Of a DNA stretch of 46,717 nt, positions 28,661 to 38,645 are shown one piece after another. The position numbers and the translations under genes were made by a program. The DNA is from Nanobdellota archaeon. Lineage in GTDB: Archaea > Nanobdellota > Nanobdellia > SCGC-AAA011-G17 > GW2011-AR18. Numbering within the stretch: position 1 is the stretch's first letter; each line of letters opens with the position of its first letter. The stretch spans positions 1 through 46,717 of the forward strand of contig JBBSWW010000010.1 in the NCBI GenBank assembly GCA_038046085.1, written 5' to 3'. The notes below the pieces were generated by a model that made no database searches, was not told the DNA's origin, and saw only the letters and a program-made list of their open reading frames with translations.

Positions 28661-28864
28661 ATGGAAAATAGAGAAGACATAACATTAGAGGATCTAGGAA
28701 TTGCAGAATGTGAAACTCTTTTCCCAGAATATACAGATAGATTATTATTCTTTGAGAGAGAACTAAACAAAAGGCAAGATTATACAGATATAATAAAATT
28801 TGGAATGTGCCTATATTATTCAGAGTGGGATAAACTTTATTCTAATACAGATTATCAAAATTAA
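28661..28864 (+). CDS. Hypothetical protein; paralog of previous ORF
   Basis: Starts 1 nt after the previous stop; shared motifs as above. Confidence 0.65.
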   Translation: MENREDITLEDLGIAECETLFPEYTDRLLFFERELNKRQDYTDIIKFGMCLYYSEWDKLYSNTDYQN

Positions 28865-28906
28865 AAAATAAAAAGTCTTATAATAAAGAATTCCAGCAAT
28901 AAACTC

Positions 28907-30919
28907 ATGAAGGAATACCAAAAAAATATAATAGCAGTAATAATCATTGTAATTGTAGGACTATTAATTTTCAGAGAGATGTTTACAAATGAAGGATTCC
29001 TAATAAAATCAGACAATCCAGTACATATGATAGAAGCTAAATATCTGGCTGATGAGATAATACCTGAACATAAATGGATCAATGGATGGTATCCCTATGA
29101 ATATGCAGGACAACCAATACAGGTCTATACATACCAACTTGGAATATGGCTAGTAGTATTAATATATTATCTTGGAATAAATATTTTTTTAGCTTACAAA
29201 ATAGCTTTTTTCATAGCAGCTTTATTACCTGCAATAGCATTATATTTTATATTAAGAAAAAGATATGGAATAATCCCTGCATTAATAACAGGAACATTTT
29301 TTTTATTCCAAAGAGACTATACGAAATTATATTTAGCAGGAATGTGGAGCCAGGCAATAGGAATAGCATTATTAATCATAACAATATATTTATTAGATAA
29401 ATATTCAGATAAAATCAACTTAAAAAGAAGCCTTACTTTAGGAATAATATTTGCATTAATAATATTAGCACACCCTTTTGTTACAATAACAGCAATATAC
29501 TTAATAGGAACAGCAGCAATAATAAATGCTTTAAAAACAAAAAATTATACAAACATAAAATATTATTTATTAATAGGTATAACAGGAATAATACTTACAT
29601 TATTTTATTTATATCCTTACTTTGAAACTTCCGGGTGGTATTTAACAGAATACGGGTGGGGACTAGGTGATAACATTATTGATATATTATACACATTAAC
29701 AGGTATGTTCCTAGGACTAAAACCTCACACAATAGTATTTACACCAATAATAAATGGACAATATACAACTGCAATCACAGAATTAGTAAAAAGCATATAC
29801 CAAAATCTTCCAGTATTATTAATAGACTTGTTTTTCATAATAGGACTAGTCTACTACAGAAAAGAAAAAAACAAAGAGGAAAAAAAATTATTATATTTAG
29901 TCTTAATATTCATAATAATAAGTCTTATACTAGGAACAGGATTCTGGTACTTATTTGATTTCGGAAGGAAAATACCATTATTCGGTGCAGCACTAAGCTA
30001 CAGATTTGTATATTACGCAAAAACAGGATTATTCATAATAGCAGCATATGGATTGTATAAAACAATAAATAACCACAAAGAAAAAATAAGAAAAATAAGC
30101 TATCTAATATTAGGAATTATAATAATAGGACTTATATTAGGCAGCTATAAAGCGCCAGAAAGTTATACAGAAACATCAGGAACAACAGCACTGTATGAAG
30201 AGACAATTACAATGTGGAAATACCTTGAACATAATACTGACAAGAATGCCAGAATACTAAACCAAAATACCTATGGAAATATACAAGAACCATCAATCAC
30301 ATACGATGCCATGCTCTCACCAATGGCAAACTATTATAATGGACTGAATTATATAGGGAGCTGGTACACAACAGTATATCCATTAGAAAACAAATTCAAT
30401 ACAGAAGACAATAAAATATTCGGAATAAAAATAGAAGAAATAACAGAAGAAGAATTGAAAAAAAACCTTGAAATATATAATGCAAAATATATCATAACAT
30501 TAAATAATGAATGGGATAATAAACTTAAAAATTTTAAAACATTAAAAGAGATATACAGAAGCGAAAATTATGCAGTATATGACTATGAAACATATAAACC
30601 AGAATGGATAATATCTAAAAATAAAATAGATTATACTATAAATAATTTTAATGACCAAGATATAAAAATAAAAATAAATAATTTACACCAGCAAAATAAT
30701 ATTGTAATAAAAATAGCAGAACATCCTTACTGGAAAGCATACATAAATGAAAAAGAAATTGAAGTAAACAGTGATGAGAATAAACTTATTAAAATAGAAA
30801 TACCTGAAGGAGAATATGAATTAGATATAAAATATCAACCTAGAAAAATAAAATATGTATTACTAAGTTTTATAGGGCTGATATCATTAATAATATTAAA
30901 TAGATATAGAAGCATATAA
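28907..30919 (+). CDS. GT-C fold membrane protein (PTPS-related/YfhO-like)
   Basis: SDNPVH...GWYPYEYAGQP..Y loop, many transmembrane helices, C-terminal HPYWKAYIN beta domain. Confidence 0.8.
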   Translation: MKEYQKNIIAVIIIVIVGLLIFREMFTNEGFLIKSDNPVHMIEAKYLADEIIPEHKWINGWYPYEYAGQPIQVYTYQLGIWLVVLIYYLGINIFLAYKIAFFIAALLPAIALYFILRKRYGIIPALITGTFFLFQRDYTKLYLAGMWSQAIGIALLIITIYLLDKYSDKINLKRSLTLGIIFALIILAHPFVTITAIYLIGTAAIINALKTKNYTNIKYYLLIGITGIILTLFYLYPYFETSGWYLTEYGWGLGDNIIDILYTLTGMFLGLKPHTIVFTPIINGQYTTAITELVKSIYQNLPVLLIDLFFIIGLVYYRKEKNKEEKKLLYLVLIFIIISLILGTGFWYLFDFGRKIPLFGAALSYRFVYYAKTGLFIIAAYGLYKTINNHKEKIRKISYLILGIIIIGLILGSYKAPESYTETSGTTALYEETITMWKYLEHNTDKNARILNQNTYGNIQEPSITYDAMLSPMANYYNGLNYIGSWYTTVYPLENKFNTEDNKIFGIKIEEITEEELKKNLEIYNAKYIITLNNEWDNKLKNFKTLKEIYRSENYAVYDYETYKPEWIISKNKIDYTINNFNDQDIKIKINNLHQQNNIVIKIAEHPYWKAYINEKEIEVNSDENKLIKIEIPEGEYELDIKYQPRKIKYVLLSFIGLISLIILNRYRSI

Positions 30920-30968
30920 AATATTTATACACCAAAAGCATTATAAATTATCCAACTTATCCTAAGAT

Positions 30969-32360
30969 ATGAAAGTAGCACTAGTACTACCACCACATTC
31001 TTTTGAAGAAAGGTATAATAAAGCAATAGCAAAAGCAGCAGGGACATTTCCGCCACTAGGAATACTATACATAGGAGCAGTACTAGAAAAAGCAGGACAT
31101 AAAGTAATAGTCTTAGATGGATCAATGAAAGATATTTTTGAGATAAATGAAGCAATATACAAATTTGAACCAGATATAATAGCAGTAAATGTAATGACAT
31201 TCTTATGGGACAAAGTTAAAACATGGACAATGGACATGAAAGCAAAATATCCAAAAGTCTTCATAGCAGCAGGAGGACACCATGTCACACAGATAAAAGA
31301 AAAAGCACTAATAGAATGCGACTCTATAGATGCAATATTATTAGGAGAGGCAGAGTTTGCAATGGATAATCTGGCAAATGCACTAGAAAAAGGAAAAGAA
31401 TTAGCAGGAATGACAGGTATAATAACAAGGAACAAAGATGGAAAAATAATATCAGGGCCACCGGCACCAAGACTAGAAAATTTAGATGAGATACCATTTC
31501 CAGCAAGACATTTACTAAACATACATGATTATGTGCCAGCACTAGAACAATACAGAAGATTACCAGTAACAAACATGATAACAACAAGAGGATGCCCATA
31601 TAAATGCATATTCTGCTCATCAGGAAACACAAAAGCATATTACAGATCACCACAGAATGTATTAGAAGAGATAAAAGTCCTAGTAAACAAATATGGAATA
31701 AAAGATATAACATTCTGGGATGATACATTTACATTAAACAAAAAAAGAGTATTAGAACTAATGGAATTAATAAAAAAGGAAAAATTAGACCTTATATGGT
31801 GCTGCAATTCAAGAGTAAACACACTAGACAGAGAATTATTAAAAGAGATGTCAGAAGCAGGGTGCTGGAAAATATTCTTTGGAGTAGAATCAATGAACCA
31901 AAAACAACTAAATACATTAAAAAAAGGGGTATTAGCCCCACAGATACATGCAGCAATAAAAGGATGCAAAGAATTTGGAATAGAAAGCGAATGTTCATTC
32001 ATATTTGGAATACCTGGAGAGACATATCAAGAGGGATTACAGACAATAGAAGAAATAAAAAAATTAGATCCTGATTATGCAAAATTCTTCCCAATGACAC
32101 CATTACCAGGAACAGAATTTGATAGTATAGCAGCAAGCACAGGAACAATAGTAGACAATGACTTAAGCAAAAGAACAGAAAACCAGATGGTATATGTACC
32201 AAATACAATGAAAGCAGAGGAACTACAATCATTATTAAAAATAGCATATAAAAAATTCTATTTTAGACCAACATATGTTGCAAAAAGAGTGCTGAAACTG
32301 CGTTCTATTGAAGATATAAAGAAAGCATGGAAAGGTGTAAGAGCAGTAGCCTCAATCTGA
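30969..32360 (+). CDS. Cobalamin-binding radical SAM protein
   Basis: PPLGILYIGA, GGHHVT, GEAE, TTRGCPYKCIFC, FGVES, FIFGIPGET. Confidence 0.92.
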   Translation: MKVALVLPPHSFEERYNKAIAKAAGTFPPLGILYIGAVLEKAGHKVIVLDGSMKDIFEINEAIYKFEPDIIAVNVMTFLWDKVKTWTMDMKAKYPKVFIAAGGHHVTQIKEKALIECDSIDAILLGEAEFAMDNLANALEKGKELAGMTGIITRNKDGKIISGPPAPRLENLDEIPFPARHLLNIHDYVPALEQYRRLPVTNMITTRGCPYKCIFCSSGNTKAYYRSPQNVLEEIKVLVNKYGIKDITFWDDTFTLNKKRVLELMELIKKEKLDLIWCCNSRVNTLDRELLKEMSEAGCWKIFFGVESMNQKQLNTLKKGVLAPQIHAAIKGCKEFGIESECSFIFGIPGETYQEGLQTIEEIKKLDPDYAKFFPMTPLPGTEFDSIAASTGTIVDNDLSKRTENQMVYVPNTMKAEELQSLLKIAYKKFYFRPTYVAKRVLKLRSIEDIKKAWKGVRAVASI

Positions 32361-32403
32361 TTCAGTTAACTATAAAAACCTCATAAAATTAACAATTAAA
32401 ACC

Positions 32404-33441
32404 ATGGATTATGCAAAATTAATGACAAAAGTAGCCAAAACAAGAATGGCAAGAGATTTAGGATTTAAAGAGCAGCCACTGCCATGGAAATTATTAGTAG
32501 AGATAACAAAAGTATGCAATAACAAATGTTTAAACTGCAGCATATGGAGCACGCCAAACAAACAATTCATGACATTACAAAATTATGAACAATTATTCAA
32601 AGACAACAAAAATTTAATGTGGCTAAGCATAACAGGAGGAGAGCCATTTACAAGAATGGATATAGATGATATAGTAAAACTAGCAGTAAAACATTGCCCT
32701 GATCTAAGATACTTAAGCATACCAACAAATGGATTCTGGACAGAACAGATAGTAAAAAAGACAAAAGAATTAATTGCAACAGGATTAGATGTACATATAA
32801 CAATAAGCCTAGACGGGCCAAAAGATGTACATAACCTAATAAGAGGAACAAAAGATGGTTATGAAAGAGCAGTAAAAACATTCAATGCATTAAAAGAGAT
32901 AGGAGTAGATGTAAGATATCAGGCAACAGTACACAAAGAAAACTTCCCAATATTCAAAAAATTCTATGAAGATTATAAAAAAGATATAGGAGTACTAACA
33001 TTTACACAAACAAGTGAAACATATTATAGCAATGATGAAAAAGTAAAACCCTTAGAAGGAGAAGAAGTAGCCTCATTATTTGATTATTTAGGAGATAATT
33101 TTGAATTAAGAAAAAAACATGATATATTCGAAAAAATGCACCTAAGAATAGCATCAAAATATTTAAGAAAAAAAGACATGATGCTACCATGCACAGCAGG
33201 ATTCAGTTCAATGTACATATCAACAGAAGGAGAGGTATATCCGTGCTTCTCAATGAAGTCATGGGGAAATTTAAAAGAAAAAAATTTTAATGAAATATGG
33301 AATAATGAAACAGCAAAAGAGGAAAGAGCAAAAATCAAGAAAAAACAATGCCCAAAATGCTGGATCAATTGCTTTAGTTTCCAAGACATGATAACATACC
33401 CAGAAAAAGCAATAGCAAAAGCATTTGTAGGAAAGAACTAA
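32404..33441 (+). CDS. Radical SAM protein with SPASM/twitch domain
   Basis: CNNKCLNC, TGGEPF, PTNG, ISLDG..HN..RG; C-terminal CTAG..GEVYPC..CPKCWINC. Confidence 0.92.
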   Translation: MDYAKLMTKVAKTRMARDLGFKEQPLPWKLLVEITKVCNNKCLNCSIWSTPNKQFMTLQNYEQLFKDNKNLMWLSITGGEPFTRMDIDDIVKLAVKHCPDLRYLSIPTNGFWTEQIVKKTKELIATGLDVHITISLDGPKDVHNLIRGTKDGYERAVKTFNALKEIGVDVRYQATVHKENFPIFKKFYEDYKKDIGVLTFTQTSETYYSNDEKVKPLEGEEVASLFDYLGDNFELRKKHDIFEKMHLRIASKYLRKKDMMLPCTAGFSSMYISTEGEVYPCFSMKSWGNLKEKNFNEIWNNETAKEERAKIKKKQCPKCWINCFSFQDMITYPEKAIAKAFVGKN

Positions 33442-34137
33442 TTATTTTTCAGCCATGACTATTAAATCTAGACCAATAGGAATGATCATCTTATTCTCAA
33501 AAGCAATAAACCATTTATCCAATAAATAATTTAATAATCTATTATTAAGACCATCAGTAGAGACAGGAACTTTTCCTGTAATTTTAGTAAGCATCAATAT
33601 TGGAATACCTAAAACATCCCAGTTCTTAAAAAACTTAATATTAAAACCAACAGAAATAATCTTAGAACCTAAATCTTTCCTACTATATCTACGATAATGT
33701 CCAACAGACTTATCAAAATTAGAATACAAAGAAGGATAGGCTGATGTTAATAATATCATACGACCTTTAGGTTTAAGCATTGAATAAATATCCCTCAATA
33801 ACTTAACATCATCATCAATATGTTCAATAAAACCACTAATAATAATATTATCAAACTTGCCAACAATCTTTTTAGAAGGAAAATAATCATTAAAAAACTT
33901 AATATTAACATTTTCTTTTTTTGCTTTAATTTTAGCAATATCATGATATTTCTTAGAAGCATCAATATAAGTAACATCCATACCTAACTTAGCTAATTTA
34001 ATAGGAAAAGAACCAGTGCCAGCACCAATATCCAATACAGAACCTTTCTTAACTAATTTAATTAAAATGCGATCTTTATTCTTATGCCAGAAATCATCTT
34101 CCTGAAGCTTCCATAAATAATCTTGATCATTAATCAT
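33442..34137 (-). CDS. Class I SAM-dependent methyltransferase
   Basis: VLDIGAGTG, IEHIDDD, LKPKG, FDKSVGHYRRY. Confidence 0.9.
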   Translation of the reverse strand: MINDQDYLWKLQEDDFWHKNKDRILIKLVKKGSVLDIGAGTGSFPIKLAKLGMDVTYIDASKKYHDIAKIKAKKENVNIKFFNDYFPSKKIVGKFDNIIISGFIEHIDDDVKLLRDIYSMLKPKGRMILLTSAYPSLYSNFDKSVGHYRRYSRKDLGSKIISVGFNIKFFKNWDVLGIPILMLTKITGKVPVSTDGLNNRLLNYLLDKWFIAFENKMIIPIGLDLIVMAEK

Positions 34138-34760
34138 CTAAACCTTCCTAAAATAACAGCACCTTTGCCATCAGCATAAAAAGGTTTTATAGAACCTAAA
34201 TGAGTGTAACCAGCTTTTTTATTTATATGGATCATAGGATTATCTTCAACGCATGTTGAGAAAATAGGCCTATTAAAACTTCTATTGATAAAATAATTCA
34301 AACGTTTGGCAATTCCTTTTCTTCTATGTTCTGGAGAGACAACTGTCACATACTTTATCAAAGCTTCATCAAGAGAGATAAGAGTACCAGCAAGATACAC
34401 CCTATCTGAGAATTCAATAACAGGATCAGTATTATCAGACTTTAGAGAGGGAGATCTATCTTCATAATCTGTCTTTAAATAAGAGTTCATCTTATCACGA
34501 TCACAACTTAAAAAAGCTTCCAAAAGATCATATTGATCTTCACCAAGATGACCAACAATACTAAAACCAAGAACTTTACCATCATCCATATAAGCAAAAG
34601 TCCTTAATGACCTAGTATTATCTATATAACTATCAATTATAGATTCACGAGTAAGAGGATCTGCCATCTCAATAGAATCAACATACAACTTACGGACTTG
34701 ATCTCTTACAGCAGGATGTATAAGATGATCAGTGATATCTGTAATATTCCTATCAGCCAT
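34134..34760 (-). CDS. GNAT-family acetyltransferase
   Basis: VVSPEHRRKGIAKRL acetyl-CoA motif; NKKAGY; start taken at MADRN. Confidence 0.75.
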   Translation of the reverse strand: MADRNITDITDHLIHPAVRDQVRKLYVDSIEMADPLTRESIIDSYIDNTRSLRTFAYMDDGKVLGFSIVGHLGEDQYDLLEAFLSCDRDKMNSYLKTDYEDRSPSLKSDNTDPVIEFSDRVYLAGTLISLDEALIKYVTVVSPEHRRKGIAKRLNYFINRSFNRPIFSTCVEDNPMIHINKKAGYTHLGSIKPFYADGKGAVILGRFR

Positions 34761-34850
34761 GAAATATGGATAAAGAAACAAGTTTTTAAAGATTTACTTA
34801 TTTTAAATTTTATATTCAACAACAAAAAAAGATATGTAAAACTTATTGAT

Positions 34851-35618
34851 TTATATTTTTCCTTGAAGTAAATTTTCTAAACTAACTCCAATTTTTTTCG
34901 CGACTAATTGTGGCTTCACCACTTCCCCGACAAGACAACCAACGTGGAAGACAAGATTGCAGTCGCCAAAAGCGCCAGACCTATTGCTGTCGCCAACACT
35001 ACTGACGCACACAAAATGCAACCCTTTGCTTGAAGGTAATACTATTCCCATTGTATTTTTTTCAAATTTATAACCTGTTCTTTCTTCAACATCAGTTATG
35101 TAATCTTTTGCTAATTGAACGTCTCCTTCTGCTGCACTTTCTTCCCAAAACTGTCTTCTTAGACTTGCTAAATCGTAAGGGTTATTTCTTAAAGCATTTG
35201 CTTGCTCAGGTGTTAATACAAATCCCATGCTTTCAGAATATTGATCTCTACTAATAGATAAATTTCTATTTTTTAATTCAGTATTCGGATTTAGTTTGTA
35301 AATTAATGGATTTTCTGAAGAAAATTTTACTGCATCACTGTCAGGGTCTGGAATTACTGCTGTGCTTGTATCTACATAAAAACTTCTATGCTTTTCAGCA
35401 TCTGCTGTTTCTACTCTTCCTAGACGAGTTTCCATGAATCTTTTAGGAGATATTGGAAGTCTTGTATGATCAGTCCTTATAGAAGCTCCGTATTCTCTTC
35501 CAGTTATTAATCTATACATTTGAACATGATTTGGACCTTCAAATGTTCTGAAAACTTTTACATCATAAGGCTTTGATGCTTCAGGCGTAAAACTTACTGT
35601 TAATCTTGATTGTGACAT
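34851..35618 (-). CDS. Probable DGR target protein with C-terminal variable region (CLec-like)
   Basis: C-terminal CVSSVGDSNRSGAFGDCNLVFHVGCLVG fits the RS.A.G..NL....GRLVG pattern of archaeal DGR targets and is encoded by a GC-rich run of NNY codons. Confidence 0.7.
   Translation of the reverse strand: MSQSRLTVSFTPEASKPYDVKVFRTFEGPNHVQMYRLITGREYGASIRTDHTRLPISPKRFMETRLGRVETADAEKHRSFYVDTSTAVIPDPDSDAVKFSSENPLIYKLNPNTELKNRNLSISRDQYSESMGFVLTPEQANALRNNPYDLASLRRQFWEESAAEGDVQLAKDYITDVEERTGYKFEKNTMGIVLPSSKGLHFVCVSSVGDSNRSGAFGDCNLVFHVGCLVGEVVKPQLVAKKIGVSLENLLQGKI
34910..35025 (-). repeat. DGR variable-region-like segment with adjacent GAA-loop hairpin
   Basis: 26 of 27 consecutive codons end in C/T and none in A; 66 of 130 bases in 34901-35030 are G/C by hand count; GTGGT-GAA-GCCAC hairpin at 34922-34910. 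Confidence 0.65.
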
Positions 35619-35675
35619 GTTACTTCAAAAATATATAATAAATTGAAGTTTATAAAACTTTCGATACTTTTACTA

Positions 35676-36323
35676 TTACAGAGTAGTAGATAAACTTAAA
35701 TTCTTCACAGCAACCAAAACATTCGTCAAAACATTAGCCTTAACATCATTAATTATCTTAAAACCATTATTTTCCATCAAAGAACTAATCTTATTATTAC
35801 TAAATAAATGAATATTAACAGGTTTACTTAATTTAAGTTTACCATAAGGAATGAAATACAGACCAGATAGGTGATATAATTTGTAAAGTATACCAAAGAA
35901 ATTATTCCTAGGATAGACCAATACAATAATACCATTTTTCTTCAATGATTTAGAGAAACAACTAATAGCTTTAGAAGGATTTTTAGTAAATTCAAGAGCA
36001 CCAGCACACAATATCTTATTAAATTGTTTATCAAATGAAATATTTTCTATATCACCAATAAAACCATTCAAGCCCTTAGAATTATAAACAGAGATAGCAG
36101 TCTGAGAAGAATCTATACCAATAACAGAAGCACCTTTAGATCTTGAGTATAAAGAATAAAAACCAGTACCACAACCAGCATCTAAAATAACATCATTCTT
36201 CTTAGGATTCAAGAATTCTAAAACCAGTTTACGTTCCTTATTAACATGCTTTCCAAGAAATCCAGAAGACCTGGAACTATCATAATCTGAAGAAACATCC
36301 TGAAAATTCTTTTTATTAACCAT
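35676..36323 (-). CDS. Class I SAM-dependent methyltransferase
   Basis: ILDAGCGTG, GIDSS, GALEF, LKKNG. Confidence 0.9.
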   Translation of the reverse strand: MVNKKNFQDVSSDYDSSRSSGFLGKHVNKERKLVLEFLNPKKNDVILDAGCGTGFYSLYSRSKGASVIGIDSSQTAISVYNSKGLNGFIGDIENISFDKQFNKILCAGALEFTKNPSKAISCFSKSLKKNGIIVLVYPRNNFFGILYKLYHLSGLYFIPYGKLKLSKPVNIHLFSNNKISSLMENNGFKIINDVKANVLTNVLVAVKNLSLSTTL

Positions 36324-36381
36324 GATAATACAAGATATATGATTTAGAAACTTTTATATTGTTTGTTTTTTGCAGAAAAAT

Positions 36382-37131
36382 ATGCCTCAAAAGCTAAAAT
36401 ATTCAATAGTAATACCTGCATATAATGAAGAGAGAGTAATAGGAAGCACAATAGACAAAACAGTAGAATTCTTCAGGAAACAGAAAGGAACATTCGAGAT
36501 AATAATAGCAAATGACGGAAGCAAGGATGAGACATCAAAAATAGTATTAGAAAAGATAAAAAAGTACAAAGAACTTAGACTTTATAGCAATGAAGTAAAC
36601 CAGGGAAGGGGAGCAGTATTATCAAATGCTTTTAGAAATGCTAAAGGAGAGATATTAGTGTATATAGATGCTGATCTTGCTATTGATATTAATTTATTCC
36701 CAAGACTGATAAATGCAATAGAAGAAAAAAATGTAGATATAGCAATAGGATCAAAACATCTCAAAGAATCAGAAGTAGAATATCCAAAAATAAGAAGATT
36801 ATTCAGCAAAGCATATTTCATGTGTGCAAAACTATTACTAGGAACAAGCGTAAAAGATTATCAATGTGGATTCAAAGCATTCAAAAGAGATGTATTATTA
36901 AAGATATTACCATATGTACACAGCAAAGGATGGACATGGGACACAGAAACAATAGTAAAATCAATATGGGCAGGATACAAAGTAGCTGAATTACCAGCAA
37001 AAGTAGTAAATGTATATGGAAGAGAGAGTAAAGTAAATTTATTAAAAGATGTGAAGACAATGGGAAAAGGACTGTTAAGATTAAGAAGAGAGAAAAAAGA
37101 GTTCTTGAAGAACTTTTATTCCAAAACATAA
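36382..37131 (+). CDS. Dolichyl/polyprenyl-phosphate glycosyltransferase (GT2)
   Basis: SIVIPAYNEE, NDGSKD, IDADL, DYQCGFKAF, WTWDTE; ATG 36382 lies about 30 nt after a TATA box. Confidence 0.9.
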   Translation: MPQKLKYSIVIPAYNEERVIGSTIDKTVEFFRKQKGTFEIIIANDGSKDETSKIVLEKIKKYKELRLYSNEVNQGRGAVLSNAFRNAKGEILVYIDADLAIDINLFPRLINAIEEKNVDIAIGSKHLKESEVEYPKIRRLFSKAYFMCAKLLLGTSVKDYQCGFKAFKRDVLLKILPYVHSKGWTWDTETIVKSIWAGYKVAELPAKVVNVYGRESKVNLLKDVKTMGKGLLRLRREKKEFLKNFYSKT

Positions 37132-38615
37132 AAACAAGTTTCTTCTTTAGTAAATTTCTCTTTCAAACCACAATCCTTTAACTGATTACAATACTGCTTA
37201 TCTGAAAGAACTTCAGTAGTATTAAAATAAACTAAATTATTCTTGAAAGATTCACAATCATTTCTATATAATGAAGTATATGCATCATCCATTTTTTTAA
37301 TATAAGAATAAGGCTTTTCCTGAGGATACCATCCAGATATAGAATTAATATTCTTAGTAGCAGCAAATGAGTAGAAAGCCTTAGGGAAAGGACCTTTACT
37401 AGCATTAACAAATATAATGAACCTATTATCAACACTATCAAGATAAGAAATAAATTCTTTATCAGAAACTTTATCTGGAACAACAAATAAAGGAGTATGA
37501 ATAATATTAGCAACAATACTCAATAATGATACTAAAACAAGAGAGTAAAAAATTAATTTCTTCTTATTAACAGTGAAATTACTGATATTAACTTTTAGCA
37601 AAAAGAATATTGCATAAAACAAGATGAAATGAACAATAGGATCAGGATATATCTGATCAAAAATAGGGAAAAATGGTGTAACCCTTAAAAAGAAAAGCAA
37701 AGAGAAAATAAATACAGGCAGGAAAAAAATAATATCTTTCCTTGAAGGGTTATTATTCTTGTAATAGAAATAAAATAATACTAAAAAAATAAATGGAACA
37801 ATAATAATAGAAATATTAGTGAACAAACTATTCACTCCAAAATACCAGATCCATTCACCCTGCTTTAATTCAGGAATAGAACTATCACTAAAAATACCAA
37901 GAACAAAAGGAACAAGCCAGAAAGCTGATAATGCCAATCCAATAATTCCAGCGATCACAGTCTTAAATGCCTCTTTAATATTATCTCTTGAAAATAAAAA
38001 ACCAGCCCATGAGATAGCAGCAAGAACACCAATACTTTGATAAGTGATTATAATAAAAGCATAAACAATAGATAAAATATAGAACTTCCAGTCAATCTTC
38101 CTATCAATATAGAAATAAAAAGTGAAAAATAATACAATGAAGAAAACCCAAGACAATAATTCATGAGGTCTACCAAGACGAATAAAATTACCAATAGCTG
38201 ATGCATTAGCAAAAAATAATACAAAGAAAGCAATCCTCTTAGTTATAGATAAGTCAGCCAATCTACCGAACTTATACAAGAATAAAAAACCTAAAACAAA
38301 TATAGATATTATAGAAATATATGTCGCTATCTTAACATCATTAAATAAAAGATATAATGGATATGTAAAAAAATACCAGCCAGGAGGGGAATAAGTAAAA
38401 GTGTTAAAACCATTATACCAATAAGAACAGAGATTATGGAAACCGCAGACTTTAAGGAAATGAAGCTGAGCCATATAAGCACTAAGATCATTATGGAAAT
38501 CTAAAGGGAAATAGAATAATAATTTAGATTTGTCAATAAACCAGTAAAAAAAATTAATGAAAAGTATGAGAATAGGTATTATAAACCATTTATCAGGAAT
38601 TGACTTATTTTCCAT
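37116..38615 (-). CDS. GT-C fold membrane protein (PTPS-related-like)
   Basis: NDLSAY...WYNGF..YSPPG loop, GRPHE, many transmembrane helices. Confidence 0.75.
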   Translation of the reverse strand: MENKSIPDKWFIIPILILFINFFYWFIDKSKLLFYFPLDFHNDLSAYMAQLHFLKVCGFHNLCSYWYNGFNTFTYSPPGWYFFTYPLYLLFNDVKIATYISIISIFVLGFLFLYKFGRLADLSITKRIAFFVLFFANASAIGNFIRLGRPHELLSWVFFIVLFFTFYFYIDRKIDWKFYILSIVYAFIIITYQSIGVLAAISWAGFLFSRDNIKEAFKTVIAGIIGLALSAFWLVPFVLGIFSDSSIPELKQGEWIWYFGVNSLFTNISIIIVPFIFLVLFYFYYKNNNPSRKDIIFFLPVFIFSLLFFLRVTPFFPIFDQIYPDPIVHFILFYAIFFLLKVNISNFTVNKKKLIFYSLVLVSLLSIVANIIHTPLFVVPDKVSDKEFISYLDSVDNRFIIFVNASKGPFPKAFYSFAATKNINSISGWYPQEKPYSYIKKMDDAYTSLYRNDCESFKNNLVYFNTTEVLSDKQYCNQLKDCGLKEKFTKEETCFYVLE

Positions 38616-38645
38616 AATATCATTGTTAATGTATAGTTATTAAAT

